Shown in pieces: positions 44,946-53,861 of a stretch of 64,000 bases of DNA (position 1 is the stretch's first letter; each line of letters starts with the position of its first letter). The translations under genes were made by a program, and so were the position numbers. The stretch lies in NCBI GenBank assembly GCA_001275005.1, contig JWZX01003407.1, positions 1 to 64,000 on the forward strand, in the 5' to 3' direction. The stretch comes from Chrysochromulina tobinii (lineage: Eukaryota). The notes under the pieces were generated by a model. The model saw nothing but the letters and a program-made list of their open reading frames with translations. It was not told where the DNA came from and searched no databases.

Positions 44946-45386
44946 GCACTCCTCTTCAGACTTCGATGTGAGTTTCGAGTACTGTTTCATTATGAATATA
45001 CCACATGGTACATGCGCACCACATGCGCACGTCACGCCCCGCCCATCCGCCATCGGGTGCGGCGTGGCGCGTCCGCGCGGGGCCCAAACCCCCAAGCGCA
45101 CCCCGTGGCATGCTTTACACACACGCGCGTAGTGCCACCCACACCCGCACATACGACATAATACGACACGAAAGGAGGAGTGCGACTAAATTCCTAGGGC
45201 GAGGACTTGCGCAATATCCAATCTATGCAAGGCGATTGGCTCGTCGCGAAGAGTGGGACCTTGGTCTCTGGCCTGCGTGCACAGCCGAGGCCCTTTTGAG
45301 TGCAGCCGCGCATCGGCAGCGCCTCTCACGCAAGAGTCTCCTCGTGCGCGGGCGACCAGCCGCACCACCAACCACGTATCAGCTGA

Positions 45387-46688
45387 TTACTTGGCGCTGC
45401 CAATCGGCTTGCCGTTGGTGACTTCATGGATGGCACTCGCTACAAAGGCGAGGTTGCCACTGTTGAGGCCCGGGAGGGAGATGCGTCCGTCGCGGGTAAG
45501 GTAGATGGCGTGCCGCTCCGTGAGCTCATCGCACATGGCAGCGGTCATGCCCGTGAACGCGAACATGCCGATCTGGTTCTTGACATGCGACCAGTCATGT
45601 GTAGAGCCGACCGCCGCAAGCTCCTCGATCAGCCTCAACCGCATGGTGCCGATGCGGTCGGCAAGCCCCGCGCAGTCGCCATAGTATTGCCGGCGCAGCT
45701 CGGCATTTGAGAGCACCTCGTTGACGATCAGCGCGCCGTGGATGGGCGGCGACGAGTACATCGGCCGCACGATGCACTTGAGTTGGGAGAGCACACGACC
45801 GGCAGACGCAGCGTCGGCGCACACGACCGAGAGCGTACCGACTCGCTCGCCGTAGAGGCCAAAGTTCTTGGCAAAGGACTGGGCGAGCAAGAGCGAGTGG
45901 CCCTCGTCGAGGAAGAGCCGGATGGCGAACGCATCGGCTTCGGCGTCGCCGGATGCGAAGCCTTGGTAGGCGCAGTCGAGCAGCACGTGGTGGCCCTTGC
46001 GCAGGATGGCATTGGAGACGGTGCGCCACTGCTCACTGCTCGGGTCGACGCCGGTCGGGTTGTGCGCGCAGGCGTGAAGTAGGAAGATCGAGCCCGCAGG
46101 CGCTGCCTCGATGTCGGCGAGCAGACCCTCGAAGTCGAAGCCCTGGGTCGCGCGGTCCAGGTAACGATACTTGCGCACCTCCAGGCCGGCGAGCTGCATG
46201 ATGTTGATGTGATTGCCCCAGGTCGGGTCGCTCACGTAAATGGCGGTGCCCTTGGGGAGGAAGCGCGCGTAGAACTCACCGGCCAGCCGGCAAGCGCCGG
46301 TGCCCGAGAGCGTCTGAACAGCAGCGATACGGCCCTCTTTAAGGGCAGCACAGTCGTCGCCATACGCAAATTTAAGTGCGAGCTGAATGAAGCCGGGCAG
46401 GCCCTCGATGGGTGCATACTCCTTCTTCTCTCCGCGGGAGAGAAGCCGAGCCTCTGCAGCCGCCACCGAAGGCAGCACAAACGGCAGCCCAGCATCGTCG
46501 CGATAAGCACCAACGGCGAGGTTTACCTTCCCTGGGCGGTTGTTTTCACGGAAGGCCTGCGCGATGCCCAGAATAGCATCGGGTGGTCCCTGCTCGATGG
46601 TGTCTAGATATGCTGAGACTCGTAATGCTGATAGCGGCGGCTTCGCAGCGAACCCGAGGCTCAGCAGTGTGGCGACGTACTCGAACAT
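45387..46688 (-). CDS. Aspartate aminotransferase (class I), organelle-targeted
   Basis: 'GPPDAILG', 'NLAVGAYRD', 'QTLSGTGACR', 'HACAHNPTGVDP', 'DCAYQGFASG', PLP lysine in 'SFAKNFGLYGERVG'. Confidence 0.96.
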   Translation of the reverse strand: MFEYVATLLSLGFAAKPPLSALRVSAYLDTIEQGPPDAILGIAQAFRENNRPGKVNLAVGAYRDDAGLPFVLPSVAAAEARLLSRGEKKEYAPIEGLPGFIQLALKFAYGDDCAALKEGRIAAVQTLSGTGACRLAGEFYARFLPKGTAIYVSDPTWGNHINIMQLAGLEVRKYRYLDRATQGFDFEGLLADIEAAPAGSIFLLHACAHNPTGVDPSSEQWRTVSNAILRKGHHVLLDCAYQGFASGDAEADAFAIRLFLDEGHSLLLAQSFAKNFGLYGERVGTLSVVCADAASAGRVLSQLKCIVRPMYSSPPIHGALIVNEVLSNAELRRQYYGDCAGLADRIGTMRLRLIEELAAVGSTHDWSHVKNQIGMFAFTGMTAAMCDELTERHAIYLTRDGRISLPGLNSGNLAFVASAIHEVTNGKPIGSAK

Positions 46689-46923
46689 TCTCTCAACCTT
46701 CTGGTCAATGTGTGAATGGCAGTGTGAATACACCAAAGTTCACTCTTGTGAGCAGGCAATGTTGGTGGGAACTGTAGAATCTCGGAATCTATGTGAATTT
46801 CACAGTCAAAGAAGAAGCAAAAGACTCAGTAATTCACGTTTCGCCGGCACCACACACGCGCCCACGACGCAAACAAATCCTCACTAATCAGTGACTGACT
46901 CTGTATGTAGGTGTAGCATCCGC

Positions 46924-47792
46924 TCAAAGCGAGTCCGGGAACGACGCAACCGACGACGCAAGGTTCTCCTCGAGCAGCGACGGGAACGCAGCGAACACGA
47001 TAGCGATAACGCCGATCCCAATGACGATGAATCCAATGACATTGTTCTTGTAGGGGGCGACGAGCTCTTGCTTGAGCTTGTCGGGGGCGTACGCATCCTT
47101 CTTGAGCTTGTACTTGGATCGGCGCTCACCGGCTGCGTTCTCGCGATCGATCTCGTCCTTGAGCAGGAGGGGGTCGACATAGTAATCTGTGAGAGAGGAA
47201 CCAACATGTCAGCGTATGCGTCCCATGCAGCATCGCGCAGCCGTCCGCAGCAGCAGGGCAGCCAGATTCGGGGATCGATCCTTGCCACACTACCCTCGCC
47301 TTGCTCGCGCTTTGCGTCGAGAGTGTCGCCGTTGAACGCAGCAAGGATGGCCTCGTCGGTGGAGGCACGCGCCCCCGCCACGAGCGGAACGTATTTTGTG
47401 TCGCCACGCTCGGAGGGTGTCCGCAGCTTTCGGCTCCTTCGTGTGCGCTTGAGCGACTTGATGGGCGCAAGGCGGCGACGCTGTGACTCGGTGAGCAAGC
47501 CACTCACATCGAGGCCATCCGGCTTGACCAGCTGCAGCTCGCCGTCGGCTCCGCGTGTTATGAGCATCGCCCCAGACCCCGATTCAAGTGGTGCGTCGAG
47601 CGGCAGCGGCGGCAGAGGAGCTGGAATCACCTCGGGCTCCGTGTCAGATTCTGCCATGTGAATGGAGCTGATGACCAAGGGTGTCAATCGCAGTCCCGGC
47701 CGTCCTTTGTAGCCACCACACCTCCATGCACCGACGCCACTGATGTGAACGGCCACGACGAATAGGTTTATCAAAAGCCTGTGTGCTGCCAT
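46924..47792 (-). CDS. Hypothetical protein with signal-peptide-like leader and C-terminal TM helix; intron 47187-47293
   Basis: Splice g|gtagtg ... gctgac ... tcacag|at gives 'GEDYYVDPLLLKDE...KLKQELVAPYKNNVIGFIVIGIGVIAIVFAAFPSLL...FPDSL*'. Confidence 0.7.
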
Positions 47793-48095
47793 CGTTGCAG
47801 ATGTCTGTTCTGGAGGCGCCCGCGCGTTCAGAGGCGAGCTGAAAAGATGCTCCACGAGCGCACGCTGAGAATCTCCTCGGTCGAGGAGCGAAGTTCAAAC
47901 CAAAAAATACCGGGTAATGTAGGCTATAGCGCATACGTTCAGCCTGTCTCGAGACAATCGGTCAAAAATTTCATGAATGGTTATACCGTAATCTTGGGCC
48001 TTCAAGATATCTCGTGAGCCGAAAGTGCAAGCCGTGCCGCGCCGACGAGCGCGAGCACGCGACGCGAAGCGCCAGGAAAGTCGACGGCGGCAGCA

Positions 48096-49580
48096 ATGAG
48101 GGCTCAAGCAGACACGAAGTTCCCGAGCGCGGTTCGATTCGCTGCGCTTCTGGTCACTCTTGTCGCCGCGCCAGCCGATGCCGTCGCGCTCGAGGGCGTC
48201 CGAACGGCCATTGTCGGGGGTGGCGCCTCCGGCCTGCTGCTCGCCCACCGTCTGCTCGATGAGGGCGCAACGGTCAGCCTCTTTGAGAGCCGTGCCGACC
48301 CTCGACACAGCAACAGCCTCGAAGGTCGTGCGTACGCCTTGGGACTGGGCCTGCGGGGTCGCACGGCATTGAGGACCGTGGATGAGCGCCTGTGGAAAGA
48401 CGTCGCGGCGTCGGGCTTTGCCAGCGACCGATTCACTCTGCACCTGCCCTTTGGCTCGTTCGATCTTCGCAAGCCCGACCCAGCGCAGGAACCCAGTATC
48501 CTCATCTACCAGACTGCGCTGTGCTCGGCGATGCTGAGCTCGCTCGAGGAGCGCCATGCCGCTTCGGGTCGCCTGTTCATGAATTTTGAGTGCCGCGTCG
48601 AGACGGTCGATGCGCGCACGGGCGCTGTCTGTGTCGCACCCCTGGCAGGGTCGGCGCCGGCGATTGAGACGTTTGATCTCGTATGCGGCTGCGACGGAGT
48701 CAACTCGGCGGTCCGCGCGGCTGTGGCCGAGCAATCCCTCGCTTTCAACGCCGAGCTTACAACACTGCCAGGCTCCCTCAAGGTGCTGCGACTCGACGCG
48801 ATGCCGAGCACCCTCACGCCGGACGCTGTGCATCTGGTGCCTGGGGCGGGGGGGATGGCAGCCTTTCTGGAGCCGACGGCGAATGGCGCGTGCGCGCTCA
48901 TCAGCTGGCAGACGCCGACGGGCAGGAGCGATGGCCGCTCAGACGCCATTGACCCGGGCGCCCTGACCGATGCCGACGAGACTCGGCGTTTTCTGGCGTC
49001 CAGCTTCCCTCTGATCAGCACCGCGCTGAATCAGACGGATGTGGGTGCTCAGTTTGTGGCGCAGCGCATCTCGAGAGCGAGCACCGTGCGCTGCAACACC
49101 TACCATTTCGGGCAGGTCGTCCTCCTCGGCGACGCGGCGCACTCGACCGGAGGCGCGAGCGGCCAGGGCTGCAATACGGCGCTGGCGGATGCAGCGGCAC
49201 TGGCGACGATGCTCACCGAAGCGCGCGCAAGACGTCGGACGCAGACGCCGGCGGCCGTCGCGGCGGCACTCGCCCGCTACTCCCGCGAACGTCTGCCTGA
49301 GGGGCACGCGCTGCTCGATCTGTCAGTTGGGCCCAGCCGAGCGCTCAGCCCACTCAGCCGCCTGCTCGGTGTGCTCGGGACTCTCAAAGACACGCTGCTG
49401 TTCAAGCTCGGGGTAGGGGAGCCGCCGCTCCAGACGCTGCTCACCACCTCGCTTAAGAGCTTTGCTCAGATCCGGCGCGAGCGAGAGTGGAACTACGGGC
49501 CGTTCCCGACGGACGCCGAGTTCGACGCACAGATTGCACGAGCGACCGCGACGGAGGAGCAGATTCTGGAGCGGGTGTGA
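48096..49580 (+). CDS. FAD-dependent monooxygenase, kynurenine 3-monooxygenase-like
   Basis: 'IVGGGASG', 'FESRADPR...RAYALGLGLRG', 'GCDGVNSAVR', 'LLGDAAHSTGGASGQGCNTALADA'. Confidence 0.88.
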   Translation: MRAQADTKFPSAVRFAALLVTLVAAPADAVALEGVRTAIVGGGASGLLLAHRLLDEGATVSLFESRADPRHSNSLEGRAYALGLGLRGRTALRTVDERLWKDVAASGFASDRFTLHLPFGSFDLRKPDPAQEPSILIYQTALCSAMLSSLEERHAASGRLFMNFECRVETVDARTGAVCVAPLAGSAPAIETFDLVCGCDGVNSAVRAAVAEQSLAFNAELTTLPGSLKVLRLDAMPSTLTPDAVHLVPGAGGMAAFLEPTANGACALISWQTPTGRSDGRSDAIDPGALTDADETRRFLASSFPLISTALNQTDVGAQFVAQRISRASTVRCNTYHFGQVVLLGDAAHSTGGASGQGCNTALADAAALATMLTEARARRRTQTPAAVAAALARYSRERLPEGHALLDLSVGPSRALSPLSRLLGVLGTLKDTLLFKLGVGEPPLQTLLTTSLKSFAQIRREREWNYGPFPTDAEFDAQIARATATEEQILERV

Positions 49581-50380
49581 GCTAAGGGCACGTGCCATTC
49601 ACACGCGCGTTTGCATTTGTTCGTGAGGCGCAAGACAGCAGTCAGCACACCAATTGCACCACATGCACGCACGAGACGATCTAAATCAGCTGTGAGTTTG
49701 GTACGGCTACTTCTGAGGCCGCGAGATTATCGGGACGGTTCCGCAAGAACTCAGTTCTGTCTGGCTCCCTCAGTCTGGCAACGGCCGATTCAATTAGACT
49801 TACCACTTAGTCCACACCGGAAGGAGTCGTCCGACGCGTTACACGTTTGTACGGTACGTACTCACGTTTCGAGATACACGAGAACGAGTCCCACTCCCAG
49901 ATACCCGACCCCGTTATATAGGCTGCTTATACGCGTTATAGCGGCGTGCACCCACCATTAACCGTACGGTCCTCATTTCACATTTCTCATGACCATAATT
50001 AGTGCTCTATAGTATAACAGATCTTGAACGACATTATGAGTATAGCTTATATCGTAATTTTATCGGGTCGTGTGAAGTCGTGTGTAGACCGAGGTAAGAC
50101 CGAGGGGAGCGGAGGCAGGGCCGTCCTTTGAGACGGTGTCGGGTGTGGGGAGTTAGGGGGAACCGCGACGAAACGGACGGATTATTGGGCCAAGTTCAGG
50201 GTGCCGTACCCGGTAGCACTGGTTGACGCGTCGGTAGGGTTAACGTTCACAGGCTGTCACAGGCCATGTTCGGTTCGACTCCCCTCACCGGATAACGGTT
50301 TAGCACACATACAACCGCCCGCGTTGGCTGATGTCTTTGCACGCGCCGTCGGAGAGCCTCGTGACCTTACTCTAGTAAGC

Positions 50381-52480
50381 ATGGGGTGCGGCGTTAGCAA
50401 GTCGCCTCGTGTGTACCCGGCCGGCCCTGGCAGCGGCGAACGCACATGGAGCGTGAACTACGAGGAGACCGCCCGAAAGCTATCACAGCGGCATCGAGAT
50501 CTCATGGAGAAGTTGAGCCAAGTGAGGGACCCATCGGGTGCGGCTGTGATTGAGAAGGATGGCTCGCAGCTTGCGCGAGTGAATGGCTTTAAGATCGTGC
50601 GTCCACTAGGCAGAGGCGCCTTTGGCGAGGTTTTCCTCGCACAGCAGTTCGACGACCACTATGCCATCAAGGTGTTACGCAAGTCGGCACTCAAGAAGCT
50701 CCATCGCCCAGGCCCCGGAGTGGCGTGGGGACGCGGGCGCACCATCGCCGCGGTCGCGTCTGTGAAGACGGAGATCGCGATGATGAAGAAGATCGAGCAC
50801 CCAAATTGTGTACACATTTATGATGTGATCCTGGACCCCGCTTGCGACGAGGTGTTCCTCGTGATCGAGTACGTCGACGGCGGCCCGTCGCAAAAGTTTG
50901 ACGCCGATGGTCGGCCGATCCCGTTGCCTGAGAGCGAGATCTGGTCGTACCTGCGCCACCTGACTATGGGGCTCGAGTACCTCCACATGCACGCCATCAT
51001 CCACCGCGACATCAAGCCCGAGAACCTGCTACTCGCTAAGACCCCAAAGCTCGGCCAGATCCTCAAGATTGCCGACTTTGGCACCTCATGCCTGTGCGAG
51101 GGCGACGCGAACGCGCAAAGGACGGCGGGCACGCCAGCGTTCTTCTCGCCCGAACGTTGCACCACCGAGGCATCGGGCACGTACGACGGGCGCGTGGTGG
51201 ACTTGTGGGCTGTAGGCGTCACCATCTTCCTTTGGGTCTGCGGTTGGACTCCCTACACGGCGCCGACGACTGCCTTGCTCATGGAGACGATCGCCAACGC
51301 GCCCGAGCGTGCAGTCGCGCCCGAGAAGACGTCGCCCGGGCTCGCATCGGTCATCGAGGGCTTACTGACGCGCGAAGTGGCCACGCGTCTGACCTTGGTT
51401 CAGCTCCGCCTGCACGAATGGCTCACGGAAGGTGGCACGCAGCCGTTACCACCGCAGCCGATTATGAAGATCCAGGTGACACCTGCTGAGATTGAGCAGG
51501 CCTTTACCAATCGCAAGGCGGTGGCGGTCGGTTCGGCTGCGGGGCCGTCGGCTCTGGGCAAGGCGCTCGCATTTGTGCAGCATGGGGACGGCTCGTCGAC
51601 GAGCCCAAGCAGCGCCGGCGCTGCAGCCGGTTGGTTGCGTGAGGGGGAGAGCACCATCCGTAAGCGGAGCAACGAGGCCGAGGCAAAGTTCTACCGCGCC
51701 ATTGGTGCGTCGGGCAACCTGGCGCCGCACATCCCGGCCACGTACTCAATCGGTCCGGCGGACGTGTTGTTGCCTGACGGCTCGGAGGCGCACGATATTG
51801 TGATGGAGGACCTCGTGGCCGGGATGACGCGCCCATGCGCGATGGCACTCGTCATGGGCACGCGCACAGTCACAGCAGCCGACCTCGCACAGGGCGAGGC
51901 GCGCGCCGACCTGCTGCGCGCCGTTGACGAGCTGGATCCGAACTCGGTCATGGCTGTGGAGCGCGAGAGGGGGGGGCTCACGCAGGCGCGCTACCTTGCC
52001 TTCCTCGACGCGCGCTCGTCGACGAGCACGCTCGGCTTCCGCCTCGACTCTGCCAAGACGATGGTCAACGGCAAGCTCGACGCGCTGCCGCTGCCCGAGG
52101 GCGTGGAGCTCGACGCACTGCGGGAGGAGTCGCATGTGAGCGCGGCCATTGCCAAGTTTGTGCAGCACGACACGCAGATCGCGAACGCGCTGTTTCTCAA
52201 GCTCAAGACACTTCTCAACGCGCTCCAGCAATCCAAGTTCTTCCCAAAGCACGCCTTTTTGCGCACGACGTTGCTCTTCGTTTACGACGATGCCAACCGC
52301 GCCAACGTGCAGATCAGGATCATGAATTTCAGCGCCGCATACGCGTTGCCTGAGGGCGAGGCTGTGAGCCACGACGTGCCGTGGGACAGCACTGCGGAAT
52401 GCCACGAGGACGGCTACCTTATCGGTGTGCACTCGCTCGTGCGGATCATGACGGTGCTCAGCGAGAGTCAGACTCGGTAG
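50381..52480 (+). CDS. CaMKK-like Ser/Thr kinase fused to a degenerate inositol-polyphosphate-kinase (IPK) domain; N-acylation motif
   Basis: MGCGVSK start. Kinase motifs: GRGAFGEV, AIK, HRDIKPEN, DFG, GTPAFFSPE, DLWAVG. C-terminal 'EAKFY...IVMEDL...PCAMALVMGTRT...STSTLGFRL...TTLLFVYD...IMNF...EDGYLIGV' follows IPK architecture. Confidence 0.88.
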   Translation: MGCGVSKSPRVYPAGPGSGERTWSVNYEETARKLSQRHRDLMEKLSQVRDPSGAAVIEKDGSQLARVNGFKIVRPLGRGAFGEVFLAQQFDDHYAIKVLRKSALKKLHRPGPGVAWGRGRTIAAVASVKTEIAMMKKIEHPNCVHIYDVILDPACDEVFLVIEYVDGGPSQKFDADGRPIPLPESEIWSYLRHLTMGLEYLHMHAIIHRDIKPENLLLAKTPKLGQILKIADFGTSCLCEGDANAQRTAGTPAFFSPERCTTEASGTYDGRVVDLWAVGVTIFLWVCGWTPYTAPTTALLMETIANAPERAVAPEKTSPGLASVIEGLLTREVATRLTLVQLRLHEWLTEGGTQPLPPQPIMKIQVTPAEIEQAFTNRKAVAVGSAAGPSALGKALAFVQHGDGSSTSPSSAGAAAGWLREGESTIRKRSNEAEAKFYRAIGASGNLAPHIPATYSIGPADVLLPDGSEAHDIVMEDLVAGMTRPCAMALVMGTRTVTAADLAQGEARADLLRAVDELDPNSVMAVERERGGLTQARYLAFLDARSSTSTLGFRLDSAKTMVNGKLDALPLPEGVELDALREESHVSAAIAKFVQHDTQIANALFLKLKTLLNALQQSKFFPKHAFLRTTLLFVYDDANRANVQIRIMNFSAAYALPEGEAVSHDVPWDSTAECHEDGYLIGVHSLVRIMTVLSESQTR

Positions 52481-52693
52481 GTTTGATAAAGGTTGATAGT
52501 GATGCGGTACGCTTATCGGTGTGCACTCGCTCGTGCGGATCATGCTTACAGTTACACATGACGGTGCTTTCAGGTTTCAGCGCAGACGTCGCAGAGAGTC
52601 AGACTCGGTGTCTCGGTCGTAGCGGGATTGATAAAACTCGGGTTGATACGCTCTTGATTTTAGCGGATTGCGGTTTTGTGATAAAGGTTGATG
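52418..52693 (+). repeat. Degraded tandem duplicate of the kinase gene's 3' end
   Basis: cttatcggtgtgcactcgctcgtgcggatcatg occurs at 52418 and 52512. The following blocks (atgacggtgct, gagagtcagactcggt, gataaaggttgat) recur in order, separated by short insertions. Confidence 0.85.
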
Positions 52694-52891
52694 TGAATGC
52701 TGAATCGGGCGGCGCGGCCCCGACGTGCGTGCCGTGCAGGTTTTTGCTGCGGTGGGGTTGGGCGCCCGGGGGGCACGATGGCTTCATGTCGTTCGGTAGA
52801 TAGTTTAGATGGTCGACCGACTCACTCCGTCCGGGCAGGATTCGACGATAGAACACGTCGCACACGCCCGGGCCTCACGCTTCATCACCCA

Positions 52892-52970
52892 GCTCGCCCC
52901 TCCGCGAACCCAACTTGTCAGCGCATGGCGCGCCAGTGGTTTCGTTGGGCTGGCATCATGTCGTCGAGAG
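52892..52970 (-). promoter_or_regulatory. Eukaryotic SECIS element (type II) in the msrA 3' UTR
   Basis: Minus strand: AUGAU-GCCAGCCCAAC-GAAA-CCAC-UGGCGC-GCCAU-GCGCUG-ACAA-GUUGGGUUCGC-GGAG. This gives an AUGA/GA core, an 11-bp helix II with one mismatch, unpaired AAA, an apical mini-stem, and cucg/cgag helix I. Confidence 0.9.
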
Positions 52971-53055
52971 ATTCGGTGTGCGCGCGTAAGGCGTTCGTGT
53001 GCGCAATAGCGCGAGAAGCATTGTGAAGCAACTCCTCCACCTCTTCAGCCAGAAA

Positions 53056-53702
53056 CTACCGACGGAGCCCGCAGACCCGCGGCAGGGTTTTCTTTTGTTT
53101 CTCATAGTACTTCTCTGTGGAAACACGAGGAGGACGTCCGCGTGGTCAGAGCAGGCGGAGCCGTACTTGGCGGCTGTAAGTCGCTGTCACATGAGATGGT
53201 TCGAAGGCCATGTTCACTTACGATGGTATTCTTCAGCATCGTGCCAGGTAGCTGCGGGGAGGATAGGGACCCCTTCACGGTCTTTGCCAAGCTCTTTGGC
53301 CACCTGCTTTGCCACCTTGGCCTGCTCGTCGTCCATAAACCAGACTGCTGACATATATTGGGCTTTTCGCGGTGGGCCACTCGCCTGCGCTAGCACTTTG
53401 CGCATGATCCGCTCGTACGAGATCACAGCGGGATCGAATTCGACCTTGATGGCCTCGGTGTGCCCGTCGCCGCGGCATACGGTGTCGTAATTCGGCTCAC
53501 CATGTTTGCCTCCGGTATAGCCAACCGTGCTCGAGGTGATGCCTTCCATCTGGTCGAATTCAGCCTGGGGCCCCCAAAATCACCCGAGCGCAAACACAGC
53601 CACGGCTGTCGCCGTGGCATTCCTGTGCGCCAGGCCGTTGGGGCACGGCGTAGTAGCGGCAGGCGGAGGACTTTTGGCGGCCTTGGCTGCTGCCGATAGC
53701 AT
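53056..53702 (-). CDS. msrA: Selenoprotein peptide methionine sulfoxide reductase MsrA; Sec codon TGA at 53580-53582; intron 53115-53221
   Basis: 'AVFALG-TGA-FWG' aligns with the catalytic GCFWG, followed by 'VGYTGG...PNYDTVC..DGHTEAIKVEFDP...QYMSAVW'. Splice c|gtaagt ... ccacag|ag restores 'AEEYHQKYY'. A SECIS lies downstream. Confidence 0.95.
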
Positions 53703-53861
53703 TGCGGGAAGGGCTTGTCGATGGCGATGAGGACCGCGCGTTCACGAGACAAACGTGTGAAGACACGAAGAAAGGTTGTCAAATTAGTCAGCTTGGGTGA
53801 TGATGCCTATTCACACATCTTGTCCTCTTCCACTCCTCTCCCACGATTTTGTGTGCACGCA

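Noticed and set aside
50208..50292. tRNA-like GGTTCGACTCC B-box with an upstream TAGC..TGGT
   Set aside because: T-stem and anticodon stem do not pair convincingly, and no cloverleaf could be built.
533..53702. UPF1 and a UGA-recoded selenoprotein gene in the same window as a linked system
   Set aside because: They are 50 kb and about 25 unrelated genes apart, so co-occurrence is most likely coincidental.
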